Positions 49,593 through 61,039 of a stretch of 64,000 nt of DNA are shown piece after piece. Where the stretch lies: the NCBI RefSeq assembly GCF_964194025.1, contig NC_134476.1, positions 44,702,001-44,766,000 of the forward strand, given 5' to 3'. The position numbers and the translations under genes are program-made. The stretch's first letter is position 1. Every line of letters starts with the position of its first letter. The stretch comes from Convolutriloba macropyga (lineage: Eukaryota). The notes below the pieces were generated by a model that saw only the letters and a list, made by a program, of their open reading frames with translations, made no database searches and was not told the origin of the DNA.

Positions 49593-52500
49593 ATGCCAAG
49601 AACTTCTAATCCAACGGAACAGTGTTCTTCATGCAATAAACTTATATTGAGATCTAATATGAGCAGACATCAGAAGCTTCACGCAAAAGCTTGATCACAT
49701 TGCACCCAGTCATTTCCTGACAAAGATAAATTGCAGAAACACATTGCTTCTGTACATGCACCGTCTGTAGTTGTCAAGAAAAAGTTTTCTTGTAGCAGCT
49801 GCAATTTATCGTTCTCCACATATTATCAACTTCTTCATCATAAACGAAACAATCACCAGCATTCTGTTCCAGTGGCTTACGATGACGTTGACTTAACTAT
49901 CTATGGAGACTCTCCCGCTCTTCATAGTGAACTTCAAACGGTTCAACACTTTTTACAAGACTCAGTGCTTGAATTGTCTAGAAAGAAAGTGCATAACTTC
50001 AAGTTATTCGAACTCAGTCACGAAACAGTGATCAACAAAATGGATTTCGTTTACAACGACTTACCCAGTTCAGCGAAAATTAACATTTCCTTTGGTTTTG
50101 TACTTCAAAGTGTGCATAACTCGGACGAATTTCGATACTTTTACGCGGCAGACAACAACCCCATTTTTTTAAAATCCTATGGTTCTCTCCGATGACTCAG
50201 ATGTCAATTTTATCAAATCGAAATTGAGAAGTGAAGATTTTCTACCCAATCTAATCAATCAACGTCCAGACACGAAATGGAAGTTTTATTGTGTTACAAA
50301 TGTCACTTTCTTTGTATTTCTCCTCAGTGGTGTTCCTCTAGGCTGTATAACTCAAAATATTCCATCTATTTTGCTCAGGAACGGTTACGTTAAGTGTTTT
50401 GTTTCGGATTGTGAAAAAAAGCCCTATGAAGACAACCTGTGTATGTTCCGTGCTTTAGCTTACGATTTGTACTGTAGTGATGAGCTACAAAATAAAACAA
50501 TGGAATTGATGCAGATGTTTCTCTCAGCGACAAAGAGAGATGACGAAACCTTTCCAGGAATACATGAAGACGATATTCCTGTACTTGAAGAGATAACTGA
50601 CAGAAATATTCAAGTTTATACAAAATTTTTGTTGAGGAACAATCTGAAATGCTTGCTGAACTAACTCGTCGCTCCTTGAAGAAACGCACAAAGACAACTT
50701 CGTTGCTGAGATATGAAAATCATATCAGTTGGACAGCGGACATCAACAAATTCCTCAAAAGATTTCGCTGCTACATATGCGATCAGTATTTCGACAGATC
50801 GTTCAACCTATTGCGACACATGCAAAATTGCTCCGACAACATACATCACAAATACCCAACAGGAGCCTATCAGTTATCAGAAACTATTTTTGATCGTTTG
50901 GATGACATTAAAATTAATGTACCTCAAGAGCTCAGGCTTTTTTCTCATCTTATTGTATTTGATTTTGAGTCAATAACCGTCCTCGACAATACACTCAGAA
51001 ACACTGATTTGACTTCGTGGATTGGAAAACATGTTCCCATTAGCGTTTCGATAGCTTCCAACCTACTTAAAGACCCAATATTCATTTGCAACGAAGATCC
51101 ATATCAATTGATTCGTGATTTTGTATCCAACTTGACATATATAGCGGAAAAGAGCACACTATTAATGAGAGAAAAACTCAATGCTTTCGTGCTGGAATTG
51201 GAAGAAAAGTATTGGGCAGTTCGACAATTGGTTCCAGAGAAAGACAAGCAGGTACCCACTGCAGTGGAAGACTTATTTGACAACGAAGCTGAACCCGACG
51301 AAGAGGAGGATGAAGAACTTGAAATTAGGAGACTGAGGTGCGAGCTCAAGATGTTATCAAAATTGAGACAGGACTTTGAGAACTATTACAGCACCATTCC
51401 TGTTTTTGGGTTTAATAGCTCTCGGTATGATTTGAACCTGATAAAAGAATATCTTCTGCATCATCTGTTAATCGAGAAAAACGTTGTTCCCAAAGTGATT
51501 CGAACGGGGAACAAATATATTGGAATGAACTTTCTTGGCTTGCAATTTCTGGACATTCTTAACTTCCTGGGAGGAGTTACAACTCTGGATAATTTTCTGA
51601 AAGCGTATGGAGCCAGTGAAGAGAAGGGTTTTTTCCCTTATGAGTGGTTTGACAGTGCTGACAAAATGAATGAGTCCCAACTGCCACCAATTGAAAGTTT
51701 CTGGAGTAAGTTGAAAAACCTTAACGTCTTGTCAGTCGATTACGATAAGTTCATGGATTGCAAAAAAAGGGGAATTGAAGAAAAGGAAGCTTTAAAGAAG
51801 CTGAAATTAAAAACAGTTCCCAAAAATGCAGAAGAGAACTACCGGGAACTTCAGAACATTTGGGAAAAGGAGAACATGAACACTTTTCGTGATTTTCTCA
51901 AGTGGTATAACAACAAAGACGTCGTGCCCACTCTTGATGCGATGACAAAGATGATTCAATTCTACCACTCAAAACAAATTGATATGTTGAAACTGGGCTA
52001 TACGCTTCCCAACTTGGCAAACAGATTTCTCCATTCATCAACAGATGCTGCATTTTTCCCATTCTGCGTGCAAGACAAGGAATATGATAACTATATCAGA
52101 AATTGGCTGACAGGAGGACCCTCGATTATCTTCACCAGATATGCAAAAGTTGGCGAAACAAAGATTAGAGAGTCCGAAAATGTGTGCAAGTCTATTGTGG
52201 GCATTGATGCGAGTCAACTCTACCCCCATTCTCAATGACCAGGGAAATGCCAACGGGACTCTACACAAAATGAGAGTTCAATGACGACACTGCAAAGTTT
52301 CACCCAAAAAGGAATTTGTTTGAGGAGTTTGTTTGAGCAGCAGGTAATCGAATACTTGCAGAGCACTCGTCCAGAATGTTTAATACAGTCACAGTTCAGT
52401 CACAAAAAACAGAAAAAAATTGGAACTTATCTCGTCGATGGCTTCTGCTCTCATTGCAACACAGTGTTTGAGGCAATGGGGTGCTACTTTCACTTTTGTC

Positions 52501-53926
52501 CCTGTCAGGAGGAAAAGCCGCTGTTATTTGAAGATATAGAGAACGGATTAAAGACACGGGAACGAGATAGTGATCGAAGAGAGTATCTGCAGGGATTAGG
52601 ATACACAGTTGTTGAAATTTGGGAGTGTCAGTGGAAACAGTGGAGGAGGGAAAACATAAATGGAGTAAAGGAGTTCGTCAACAAGAAATATCCATTTCAA
52701 CCACCCCTTTCTAAAAATGCTCTTATTGAAAAAATAAAACGAGATTTGTTTGGAGTGGTCGATTGCAGCCTTGAAGTCCCCGAACACTTGTACCCTTACT
52801 TTGAAGACTTTCCTCCTATTTTTAAGAATTGTGAAGTTGGACGAGACAACATTGGGGTCCATATGAAAGAATTTGCTGAGCGACACAAGTTATTGTCAAA
52901 ACCAAGAAAAATGCTCATTTGTAGTTTCAAGCTTGACAGAGGACCAATTATTACTCCACTTTTGTTATTTTATCTGGAAAAAGGAGTGATTCTAAGAGAC
53001 GTTTTTTGGTTCCTACAATACACTCCCCGCCGCTGCTTCCAGTCCTTTGTGCAAAACGTTGTTGATGCTCGCCGCGAAGGAGACCGAAACAAAGACTCAA
53101 CAGTCGTTGCTGAAACTATGAAATTGATAGGTAACAGCTCATACGGGTATCAGATAATGGATCGTAGCCGGCATACGACCACAAAATATGTCAAGGGGCC
53201 GCAAGTTGATAAGTTTATCAACAACAGATTTTTCAAGACTATGAATGAACTACCAGAAAAAATTTTGAGGTAGAAATGAGCAAAACACGTATCGAGCACA
53301 AGGAACCAATAATTGTTGGCTTTTTTATTCTGCAGTACGCTAAACTTACAATGTTACAACTCAAGTACAATTTCTTCTCCACTTTCTGCGACAAAAATAA
53401 GTACGAACTCATTGAAATGGATACCGACAGTCTGTACATGGCGCTTAGTGAGGAAAGACTTGACAAAATCATTCGACCAGAAATGCAATCATTGTGGTAC
53501 TGGATGAGACAGAGCGACTGCAGTGATAATTTTGCAGCAAACTCAAGCAGCAACTTTTTCCCACGTGAATGTTGCAACAAGCATGCGAATTTTGACAAGA
53601 GAACTCCAGGCTTGTTCAAAGAAGAATTTAGATGCTCAGAAATGATTGCTTTGTGCTCAAGAACTTATTGCTGCTACGATGAGCAATCAGATACTGTAAA
53701 ATTATCCAGTAAGGGGCTCAACAAAAACAACATCGAGGAACCCTTAGCCAAATACAGAAAAGTATTGTTTGATGAGGAGCGAGTATATTCAACGAACAGG
53801 GGATTTCGCGTAGTCGACAATAAGAAAGTATGCACATATGAACTCAAAAAAGTGGGACTGTCATACTTTTATCCCAAGCGTAAAGTCTGTGAAGACGGAA
53901 TTCACACTACTCCTTTAGATATATAA
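49593..53926 (+). pseudogene. Protein-primed family B DNA polymerase with N-terminal C2H2 fingers, vOTU-like protease and inserted Vsr-like nuclease; disrupted
   Basis: Exo motifs VFDFES, GFNSSRYD and YNNKDV; KGFFPYEW; Pol motifs DASQLYP, KLIGNSSYG, MDTDS and PGLFKEE; vOTU DNLCMFRAL...ENH; Vsr-like VDGF...GCYFH...EIWEC. About five frameshifts and two stops across five ORF fragments. Confidence 0.93.
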
Positions 53927-54170
53927 GTCATTTTCTTTAGATTTTGTAAATTTTTAGCCTTCTTTCGTTTTATATCTTTTTTAATTCACTGTTTACCATA
54001 CAAAATGTCTTTTGAAAAATATCATTGTATATAATAACTAAATTACATACAAATACACATACAAATAATTAAGTACAAAATTTACAATTTTTTTTAAAAA
54101 AGTTTTGAAAACCATTTGCATCATTATACGGATTAATGTTTAAACAATTAAAGATTTTGGTTGTCAAAAC

Positions 54171-54566
54171 TTACAAAACATCAGCAAAGAACTTCAAAAT
54201 ATGAAAATCATTTAAATATTTAGACGAGACTTTAGAAAATAACACATGTGCAAAATAAATAGCATATAAAACACACAATTCTGAATCTTGGAGTTTTTCC
54301 TGTACTAATGAACCAAAGTTTGCTTTTGTCCTGATGCCATATTTTTCCAAAACTTCTCCCATCGAATCACCGTAGAACAACTTTCCATTTTTATTGGCTA
54401 GCAAAATCCAGTGCGAGCCCGGTTGAGTAGATGGATCTGTGTTGATTATACAAAACGTGTTTGTAGGTAAATTTTTTGGTCGAAGATCTGCAGGGAAGGA
54501 ACCCAGATATTTGAACTTTAGGTGTGGGAACCTGTTGACAACATGTAAGAGTTGTTGATTATCCAT
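54171..54566 (-). CDS. Adenain-like cysteine protease (capsid maturation), 131 aa
   Basis: IINTDPSTQPGSHW, YGDSMG and QDSELC (His/Asp/Gln/Cys set). The ATG overlaps the capsid stop. Confidence 0.9.
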   Translation of the reverse strand: MDNQQLLHVVNRFPHLKFKYLGSFPADLRPKNLPTNTFCIINTDPSTQPGSHWILLANKNGKLFYGDSMGEVLEKYGIRTKANFGSLVQEKLQDSELCVLYAIYFAHVLFSKVSSKYLNDFHILKFFADVL

Positions 54567-55797
54567 TTTTGGTGACTGATCCCTCTTTGTCAATTGCAAT
54601 TGAACTTATACGTTCACCACTAACAAATAATTCTACAGTATTAGCCAAATTGTTAGCAAAGTAGAGCTCTAAACGAATTCCTGCTCCAACTACATCAGGA
54701 AAATGCATTTCGACATTGGCCTCCTGTGTTGAAGTAAGATCGAAAAATAAATGAAAATGGTTTTCAAAATCCTTGTATTGAATGTTAGGACCGTCATCAT
54801 CAAATTTGAGTGCTTTCATCGTTTCAGCATAAGCTCTCACATGATTTTCCGTTTGCAAGTTAACTATAGTTTGATTCCCACGCACAGTTTTAACTTGTCG
54901 AAGACCAAATTTACGAAAATGGAACGGATTCGTGTTGTATGTTCCACTGAACTCATTATTCAGATTCATAGCAATATCAATCATTCGAATTGGCTTGTTT
55001 GAAAATATATTTTCTTGTATAAACTGATTCTGTCCAGCTGGAATGATAAACGTTTTTGGAAGTTCTTCATTATAGTAAAATATGGCAGGTTCTCGCAGCA
55101 GTCTGCTTTTGAAACTTCTCATCCAGTTATCTGAGATTGCTACCTGTCTAGTAAAAAGGCAAGCTTCCAAAATTGTAGCCTCAGAGTTCAGCCCACCAGT
55201 ATCGATCATATAGAACGCTGGAGATGACCGGATCAATTTCTGTCTGAGGTTGACATTTGGGAGAAGTAAAGTTTCACAGGCAAATAGACCTATTGCTAAC
55301 GGACCGTAAAAAGTAAAATCATCTTTATCCTTTTTAAAAACAGTATCTGTAAATGCTCTTTTTGTAAAATCGTTTGGCTCAATCTCGTATCGATATCCTC
55401 GGCATTGAGATAAGCTTTCCTTCGTTCCTTTTGTCCCTGAAAATTCAGCAGAGACAAAAGCTTGATGAGCATAAAGAGAATTGGCACTGTGAACTTGTTC
55501 ATTGTTAAGATATACTTCGCAATTAGAGAAAAGAGAATGAAGAGCATTGTTTACCAATAATGTTTCTTCGGCATTATCTAAACGTGTTCGATCTCCTTTA
55601 ATAACCCTTCCTCTGATGAATAATCGAGTAGAGCGCAAGTCAGTAAAAATATAACGATCAGTTTCCAATTGAAATTCGATTGTTGACTCGTTTAAGGAAT
55701 TTGTTGGAAATATTTGCTGTTCATTGGACCAAAGAATGGGGTCTAGAATTGGAACTTTCCCAAAAAAGTATAGCATAGAGTGAGACAAGGAATTCAT
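54559..55797 (-). CDS. Major capsid protein (double jelly-roll), ~412 aa from ATG 55797, open
   Basis: Polinton MCP motifs VNNALHSLFS..EVYLN, LLPNVNL..KL.RS, NPFHF and FDLT; position between penton and protease. Confidence 0.9.
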   Translation of the reverse strand: MNSLSHSMLYFFGKVPILDPILWSNEQQIFPTNSLNESTIEFQLETDRYIFTDLRSTRLFIRGRVIKGDRTRLDNAEETLLVNNALHSLFSNCEVYLNNEQVHSANSLYAHQAFVSAEFSGTKGTKESLSQCRGYRYEIEPNDFTKRAFTDTVFKKDKDDFTFYGPLAIGLFACETLLLPNVNLRQKLIRSSPAFYMIDTGGLNSEATILEACLFTRQVAISDNWMRSFKSRLLREPAIFYYNEELPKTFIIPAGQNQFIQENIFSNKPIRMIDIAMNLNNEFSGTYNTNPFHFRKFGLRQVKTVRGNQTIVNLQTENHVRAYAETMKALKFDDDGPNIQYKDFENHFHLFFDLTSTQEANVEMHFPDVVGAGIRLELYFANNLANTVELFVSGERISSIAIDKEGSVTKNG

Positions 55798-55837
55798 TTT
55801 AGCCGACCGTTTTTTATAATGATAATTGAGGAAATGA

Positions 55838-56640
55838 TCAAGATTTTTTCTGGAATTATAACGTAAGTTGAACTTGACCAATAGGGAAGAAGGGAACAAG
55901 GTGCCCAGCAGCGTTTCTTAATTCTACATGGATACTGTGGAAGTTGGATTTGATTACTTTATGGAATCTCAAGTGTTCGAAACTGCGATAACTCAGAACC
56001 TGAGATCTCTTAAAATTCTCATCATTGTGGAACTCTCGGTGTTTGAACGGAAACGAGCGTAGAAGAGGACATTTCACATCACCGACTGAATTGGGTTCAA
56101 CTATATCCAAGTAGAGTAAAACTGTATGTGTTCCAGTAATATCAAAAGGGAGATCTGCCGTTGCCCAGGACTTGGTGTTGTATGATCCTTTAGAATCAGG
56201 TGGCATAACAGGTTTGTCGGCTTCAACGCCCAAGTTAGCAGCCAAACTTTTGCTGAAGGATACATTTTGAGATCCTCTATTGCAAAAAGTTAGTCTTCGA
56301 CTTTTTTGTCGATGTTGATAGAAAATTGAGGATCTAAGTTTTTGGGATGTCGTGCTTTTTTGGGTATATCTGTAAGACTCTTCGCAAATTCGTCCATAGA
56401 GTTAAAAACTGCTGGTGGAATAGCGAATACATGCTTAAATTTCTCATCATAGTGAAATGTCATCAATCCTCCTTCAATGTTATAACATATACCGGGATAT
56501 GATACTTCGACTAAAGCTACTTCCCATGATCCATCCAGTTCAATTTTGTCGGGAAGAAAATTGGTGAACGAAGCCATTGCATTTTGAGGGTAAACTTGAG
56601 AGGAAGCGTTGGATACCAATTCTAGATAAAACGAATTCAT
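55838..56640 (-). pseudogene. Minor capsid protein (penton), one frameshift and one premature stop
   Basis: FYLELVSNASS..YPQN...FTNFLP..IEL.G.WEVALVE; C-terminal YLDIVEP..VGD...PLLR and LTL*F. Confidence 0.88.
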
Positions 56641-56681
56641 GATGTTTGACTGTTCTGTGTGACGTTTGTTTGGAAAAATGA

Positions 56682-57020
56682 TTAGTCAAGGTTCTTCAAA
56701 AAGTCTTTGCGAATTTTTTGTCGAGTAACACTTTGTCTAGTGTTTTTCCCCTTTTTCATACCACCACCAACTTGTTTCTGTATTGTTGATTTTGCAGTCT
56801 TCTTTACTGCTTTTTTAATCGAAGTCTGTCCTGATAAAACACCACCAATTTCGGGAATGGCTGACTCGATTACATCTCGTCCAATTTTTTTTGCTGCAGG
56901 TAAAACGTATTTCTTGAGAATGGGAAGAGTTGTCCTAGCGACTGTTCTAGCCAAGGCTCCAAAGCCACGCCCCCTCTGACGAGGAACTCCTTTAAAATAA
57001 GGTAGATTGTAACCGTCCAT
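56682..57020 (-). CDS. Small basic, amphipathic virion core / membrane-active protein
   Basis: RQRGRGFGAL, amphipathic helices, QVGGG and a Lys/Arg-rich tail; this type of small ORF is typical next to Polinton penton genes. Confidence 0.7.
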   Translation of the reverse strand: MDGYNLPYFKGVPRQRGRGFGALARTVARTTLPILKKYVLPAAKKIGRDVIESAIPEIGGVLSGQTSIKKAVKKTAKSTIQKQVGGGMKKGKNTRQSVTRQKIRKDFLKNLD

Positions 57021-57047
57021 TTTCTAGCGCGACTAATTGAAAAATGA

Positions 57048-57987
57048 TTATGCAACTTTTGACAATTCTTGTTCGTAAAAGATTCCATCAATGTTTTCTC
57101 CTTTCTGATCAACAACAAAATATGTCGGGAAGGGCGCTGAAGTATTTATTTTTCGAACTCGGAAAATTTCATGTGTATAGTGAGGTTTATATCCTTTCTG
57201 AAATTTGCCCTCTGCTAATGCCAACCTAACTTTATCTCCTACTTGAAACTTGGGCTTTGTATTTTTTCGTAGCTTCATTCGCTTGTACATGACAGTCAAA
57301 AAGTCAGCATTCACTACATCTTTGGGCGCCAACCCAATATTCCGATTGATTCTTGAGTTAATGAAGTCAACAAACATTTGCAGTTCCTTGATATAGGTTA
57401 ATGTGTCCTTTTCTTCCAGGTAGCGGTAAATTAAAACTTTCAGGGTTCGTATAGCTCTCTCGCCAAAAGCTACTTTCGTTTCACTATAAGTGTGATAATA
57501 TTTGATTCCCACGTCCTCGCAGAAATTGGCCATATCTCCGAAAAACTCTTTTCCCTGATCTAGCCATAATTTTTTTGGGAAATTGAGTTCGTTCTTTTTC
57601 GAACACATTTTGATAAAAGCTGCTTTCACGGCCTCTGCTCCTTTTCTCCGGTTCTACTCGCAGGTATCGAGAAAAAACATCTACAGTAACGAGTAAAAAG
57701 TTGATACCTCGATTCCATCGTGATATTTTATCCATTTGCGCAAGATCCAAGCACCAAATCTCATCAATATAGCGAGCATGCGCATTTAGTCGGGGAAATT
57801 TTCGTCTGATTCCTTTGTACTTCGTATAAGAGTCTTTTGACTGTAAAAATTCTGTAACTCTCTCGCGACTGATTCCACTTGCTTTTGTTAGGTTATTGAT
57901 AGAACCGAAAGCTGTTGGTCCCTTCCCTTTATACAACTTCTGCAATTAGATTCTATCTGAAACTGTAATTGAACCAGTCTGAGCCAT
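57048..57987 (-). pseudogene. Retroviral-type (rve) DDE integrase, with a frameshift at ~57645 and an early stop
   Basis: WCLDL, VDVFSRY, LWLDQGKEF, ERAIRTLK and C-terminal KFQVGDKVR. In-frame ATG at 57987. Confidence 0.93.
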
Positions 57988-58420
57988 ACTGTGTCCTCAA
58001 AATGTTGTTTTTAACCAGATGTGGTCTCAGATTTAGAACTTTAAGAATAAGGAAATAGTTTGGATCAACTGGAGCGTTCTTCAATTTAATTGAATGAAGG
58101 AATGTTTTTATGTCAACTCCTGTGTCAACGTTGTCGACAATAATTTTATTCGAATGTGAAATTTTTAACCGTTTGTTTTCGTATATCTCTTTCAAAGTTT
58201 TCAATGTCTCAGGATAGTTCTTATAGTGAAATTCCAGGTCTGTCTTAAGTTCTTTAGGTGGACGATTGGTTTCTTCGGAACGTTCTTCTTTCACTTTTTT
58301 GATAACTGGGAAAACTGTTTCTTCTTTTTTATAGATCTCGCTGTAGGGTTCCGATGGTTTCCTTTTTCTGGTCTCCCACAGTTCTTTTGGAACAAGAACA
58401 AACTTTTTGACCTCACTCAT
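57953..58420 (-). CDS. Polinton hypothetical protein, 155 aa
   Basis: ATG-initiated ORF overlapping both neighbours; KKFVLVP start. Confidence 0.7.
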   Translation of the reverse strand: MSEVKKFVLVPKELWETRKRKPSEPYSEIYKKEETVFPVIKKVKEERSEETNRPPKELKTDLEFHYKNYPETLKTLKEIYENKRLKISHSNKIIVDNVDTGVDIKTFLHSIKLKNAPVDPNYFLILKVLNLRPHLVKNNILRTQYGSDWFNYSFR

Positions 58421-58733
58421 TGAAGAAAGTTGAAAATTTGTTCATACAAGGTTGGTATATGTAACTTAATATTGTTATTCCAGCTTTTGAGCCCAATATA
58501 AGTCTTCTGGAACTTAGGGTTGTTGATTTTGATGTGAGCTTTCTAAGTTGTTCTTGGAAGCGAGTGAACTGATTTCTTCTTAATCCTGTGAGGTTTCCTT
58601 TAATCAAGTTTACAATACACTCACAGAGAAATCTGATAAACTCTTTAGGACAATGTAGAAGGAAAGCTGGTTGAAATTTCTTGCTGAGATTCCGAAAGAG
58701 CTTCAGAGTATAATAGTTCTGTGCGTTTATCAT
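58413..58733 (-). CDS. Conserved small Polinton protein
   Basis: FIRFLCECIVNLIKGNL motif recalled from ORFs next to Polinton ATPases. Confidence 0.65.
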   Translation of the reverse strand: MINAQNYYTLKLFRNLSKKFQPAFLLHCPKEFIRFLCECIVNLIKGNLTGLRRNQFTRFQEQLRKLTSKSTTLSSRRLILGSKAGITILSYIYQPCMNKFSTFFNE

Positions 58734-59383
58734 TAATATCACTAATACGAGCACGACTGTTCGGTACAAAGAATTCTGAGGGAAATGATGTTACATTCGA
58801 ACAATATTTCAACAAATCAGGTGTAGATGGTCTCAAATCAATCATAAGATGCCCATATGGTTGTTGTGTAGCGTCATCATACCATTGTTTTAGTTGTTTT
58901 CCCAGACCCAGTTGTCTTCCCAATATATCAATTTGCTGCACATCTCTGGGTGATTTGAACAAAACAATGAGTAGTCTGAAGCTCGGCGTCACGTCCAGTT
59001 TTATTTTTGTGGAAGAGATTATGTTTGATATAAACACAATTTAAATTTCGATGTCTACCGGCGGTCGCAATTTCGTTGAATTTTTCCGACTTGGAAAGAA
59101 TGTCTAATGAGTCATCGAATATAAGTAAATATTTTGTGCCGTCAGCTGGTAAGTTCTCAATTAATTCAAAGTCAACACCCTGAATGAATTCTATGCCTGC
59201 AATTGATTGCATCATTGTATCGTAAATTGTCTGAAAGTGCTTATAAAAGTATAAAATTCGATCAAAAGAAGGTTGAAAAGTTTTCATTTGCAGCATATCA
59301 TTAATGAAAACAGTTTTCCCAGATCCGGAAGGCCCAACAAGATACATCAGAATGCGTTCCTTTGTTGATATAATCTTGTTCAT
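58645..59383 (-). pseudogene. A32/FtsK-HerA-type DNA packaging ATPase, frameshift at ~58975
   Basis: Walker A GPSGSGKT, Walker B LLIFDD, AGRH; C-terminal half FKSPRD and PYGHLMID in the second frame. Confidence 0.93.
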
Positions 59384-59384
59384 T

Positions 59385-59639
59385 TTATGCTCTGGGGTTA
59401 GGAAGTATTTAACCTACAGCACTTGAAAGAATAGCAATCCAAACTGTTCGTTCGTCACAAGTTTTAGCAAAAATAAGGTTGATAATTGAAAAAAGAAGAA
59501 GTATTAATACAACTAAGCACTGGAATATTGACAAAAAAGCTGTTCGAGAGCAAGTGCGTCCGCAAATTTTCCAAGGAGGTCGCTCCTGATTGTTATTATC
59601 GAAAATAAAGTCAGCTGCGTGATTGTTATGATCTGTCAT
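59385..59639 (-). pseudogene. Small two-helix membrane protein with a premature stop
   Basis: Hydrophobic helices; reads SSAVG*ILPNPRA* and ends just before the ATPase ATG. Confidence 0.65.
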
Positions 59640-60172
59640 TAGAGTGCAACTGATTTTTGTTCGTGTTTAGGAAATAATGATTCACACTTTGATTGAATGG
59701 AATCGTGGTGAAAATTTCAGAAAACAACAATATGCTAGACCTGTTATATGTCCCAAGAAACAAAAGTTAAATTTTGAATTAAGGAATGGAACCATGTAAC
59801 ATAACCCAGGACCAATATTTAGATTTGTTTTCAGGTATCCCGTTGCATCATGAAATGTGGCATGTAAACGAAAAATTTTCGACCAATTCAAAAGTTTTTC
59901 TAACTTTGAATCACCAACTCCTATTAGACCTCCAAAGGGAGCTTCTCTGTTAATTTTATCTAGATCTGCATTTTTGTCAAAACAGCCAAAAACAGCCAGA
60001 CAGCCAAAAAATAATTTTTCCTTTTTGTATTTCCAACAAAAAGTTGACTGATTTCTTTTTCGAACTCTACAATTTCCTTAATATTCATATCAAGCAACTG
60101 TTCTGAAAGAATTTAATTCAAAAAGTGAATAAATAAAGACATCACATACATTATAAAAGTTTACAATTACTT

Positions 60173-60922
60173 CTATGCACTTTGCGATTTTGTCGGGTTT
60201 TTGACTTTGTTCAGCACTGAAATAATTTCATTGCTCATTCGATGTAATTTCTGCAACTCCCCAATTCTGACAGAAAGGAAGCATTTCCTTCTAAAACTGT
60301 CCTTTTCAGTCCCTCGAGTGAAGAGCTTGATGCTGAAATAACATCGATTCGGATCATCTTGGTAAAATGTTCTGGTGACACATACTTTTCGCCTAGCAGT
60401 CTCACTCAATTCCCAGAACACATAGAATTTTGCTTTTTCCTCCACATCAGTTGGCTGGAACAAAGTTTCGTCAATCATCAACTTTGCAGTAACTTCTGAG
60501 GGTTCAAATTGTAGTGCTTCTTTCAACATCTCAGGTAATTTTTGGATGAAAATTTTCAATTCCCAGACCGACAGCATCAGAAACTGATATAGAACAAATT
60601 CACCTTCGACATTTTCGCGAAAGACTTTCAAGTGGGTCCAATTCGAGCTTGTGTTGATAGTCTCCTCTGGGATGCTGATTTGAAATTTCCGGTTGCTGTA
60701 TTCTTGGAAAGACCAAAGGTTGTTGTTTCCTTGGTGATCCTCATTTGGTTTGCAAACAGTGTCATCAACTTTCACGTTGGTATCGGTAAACAAAGAATAT
60801 ATGCTTTCATTATGATAATCAAACTGGGAGGAAGGAATAACTGGTTTTCCCTTATGGTTTCGTTTGCGGAAGGGGAAGGCGTAGGGTTTTTTGCTGTCAG
60901 CTGAGACTGAACTTTGATCCAT
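60173..60922 (-). CDS. 249-aa protein with two internal repeats resembling PC4-type ssDNA-binding domains
   Basis: HLKVFRENVEGEFVLYQFLMLSVWELKIF and SIKLFTRGTEKDSFRRKCFLSVRIGELQKL show the PC4-like strand-strand-helix pattern. The ORF is intact; the function is inferred. Confidence 0.6.
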   Translation of the reverse strand: MDQSSVSADSKKPYAFPFRKRNHKGKPVIPSSQFDYHNESIYSLFTDTNVKVDDTVCKPNEDHQGNNNLWSFQEYSNRKFQISIPEETINTSSNWTHLKVFRENVEGEFVLYQFLMLSVWELKIFIQKLPEMLKEALQFEPSEVTAKLMIDETLFQPTDVEEKAKFYVFWELSETARRKVCVTRTFYQDDPNRCYFSIKLFTRGTEKDSFRRKCFLSVRIGELQKLHRMSNEIISVLNKVKNPTKSQSA

Positions 60923-61039
60923 CTGTGGCGTGTGAAGTAAGTAAAAGATGAGTTTTTAAAGCAAGAAAGGAAGAATTGAATAAATAAGGTAACTGAATAT
61001 TGAAAACGAAAAGCAACAAATGAATGAATTATCTTCAAG

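Noticed and set aside
50160-53275. Programmed frameshifting or Sec/readthrough in PolB
   Set aside because: Lesions are numerous and scattered across several genes, which fits decay or sequencing error.
55798-55899. N-terminal extension of MCP given by the ORF track
   Set aside because: It relies on a non-ATG start overlapping the penton; ATG 55797 is more plausible.
59678-60051. Possible plus-strand gene inside the Maverick
   Set aside because: Two in-frame stops, no motif and ambiguous strand.
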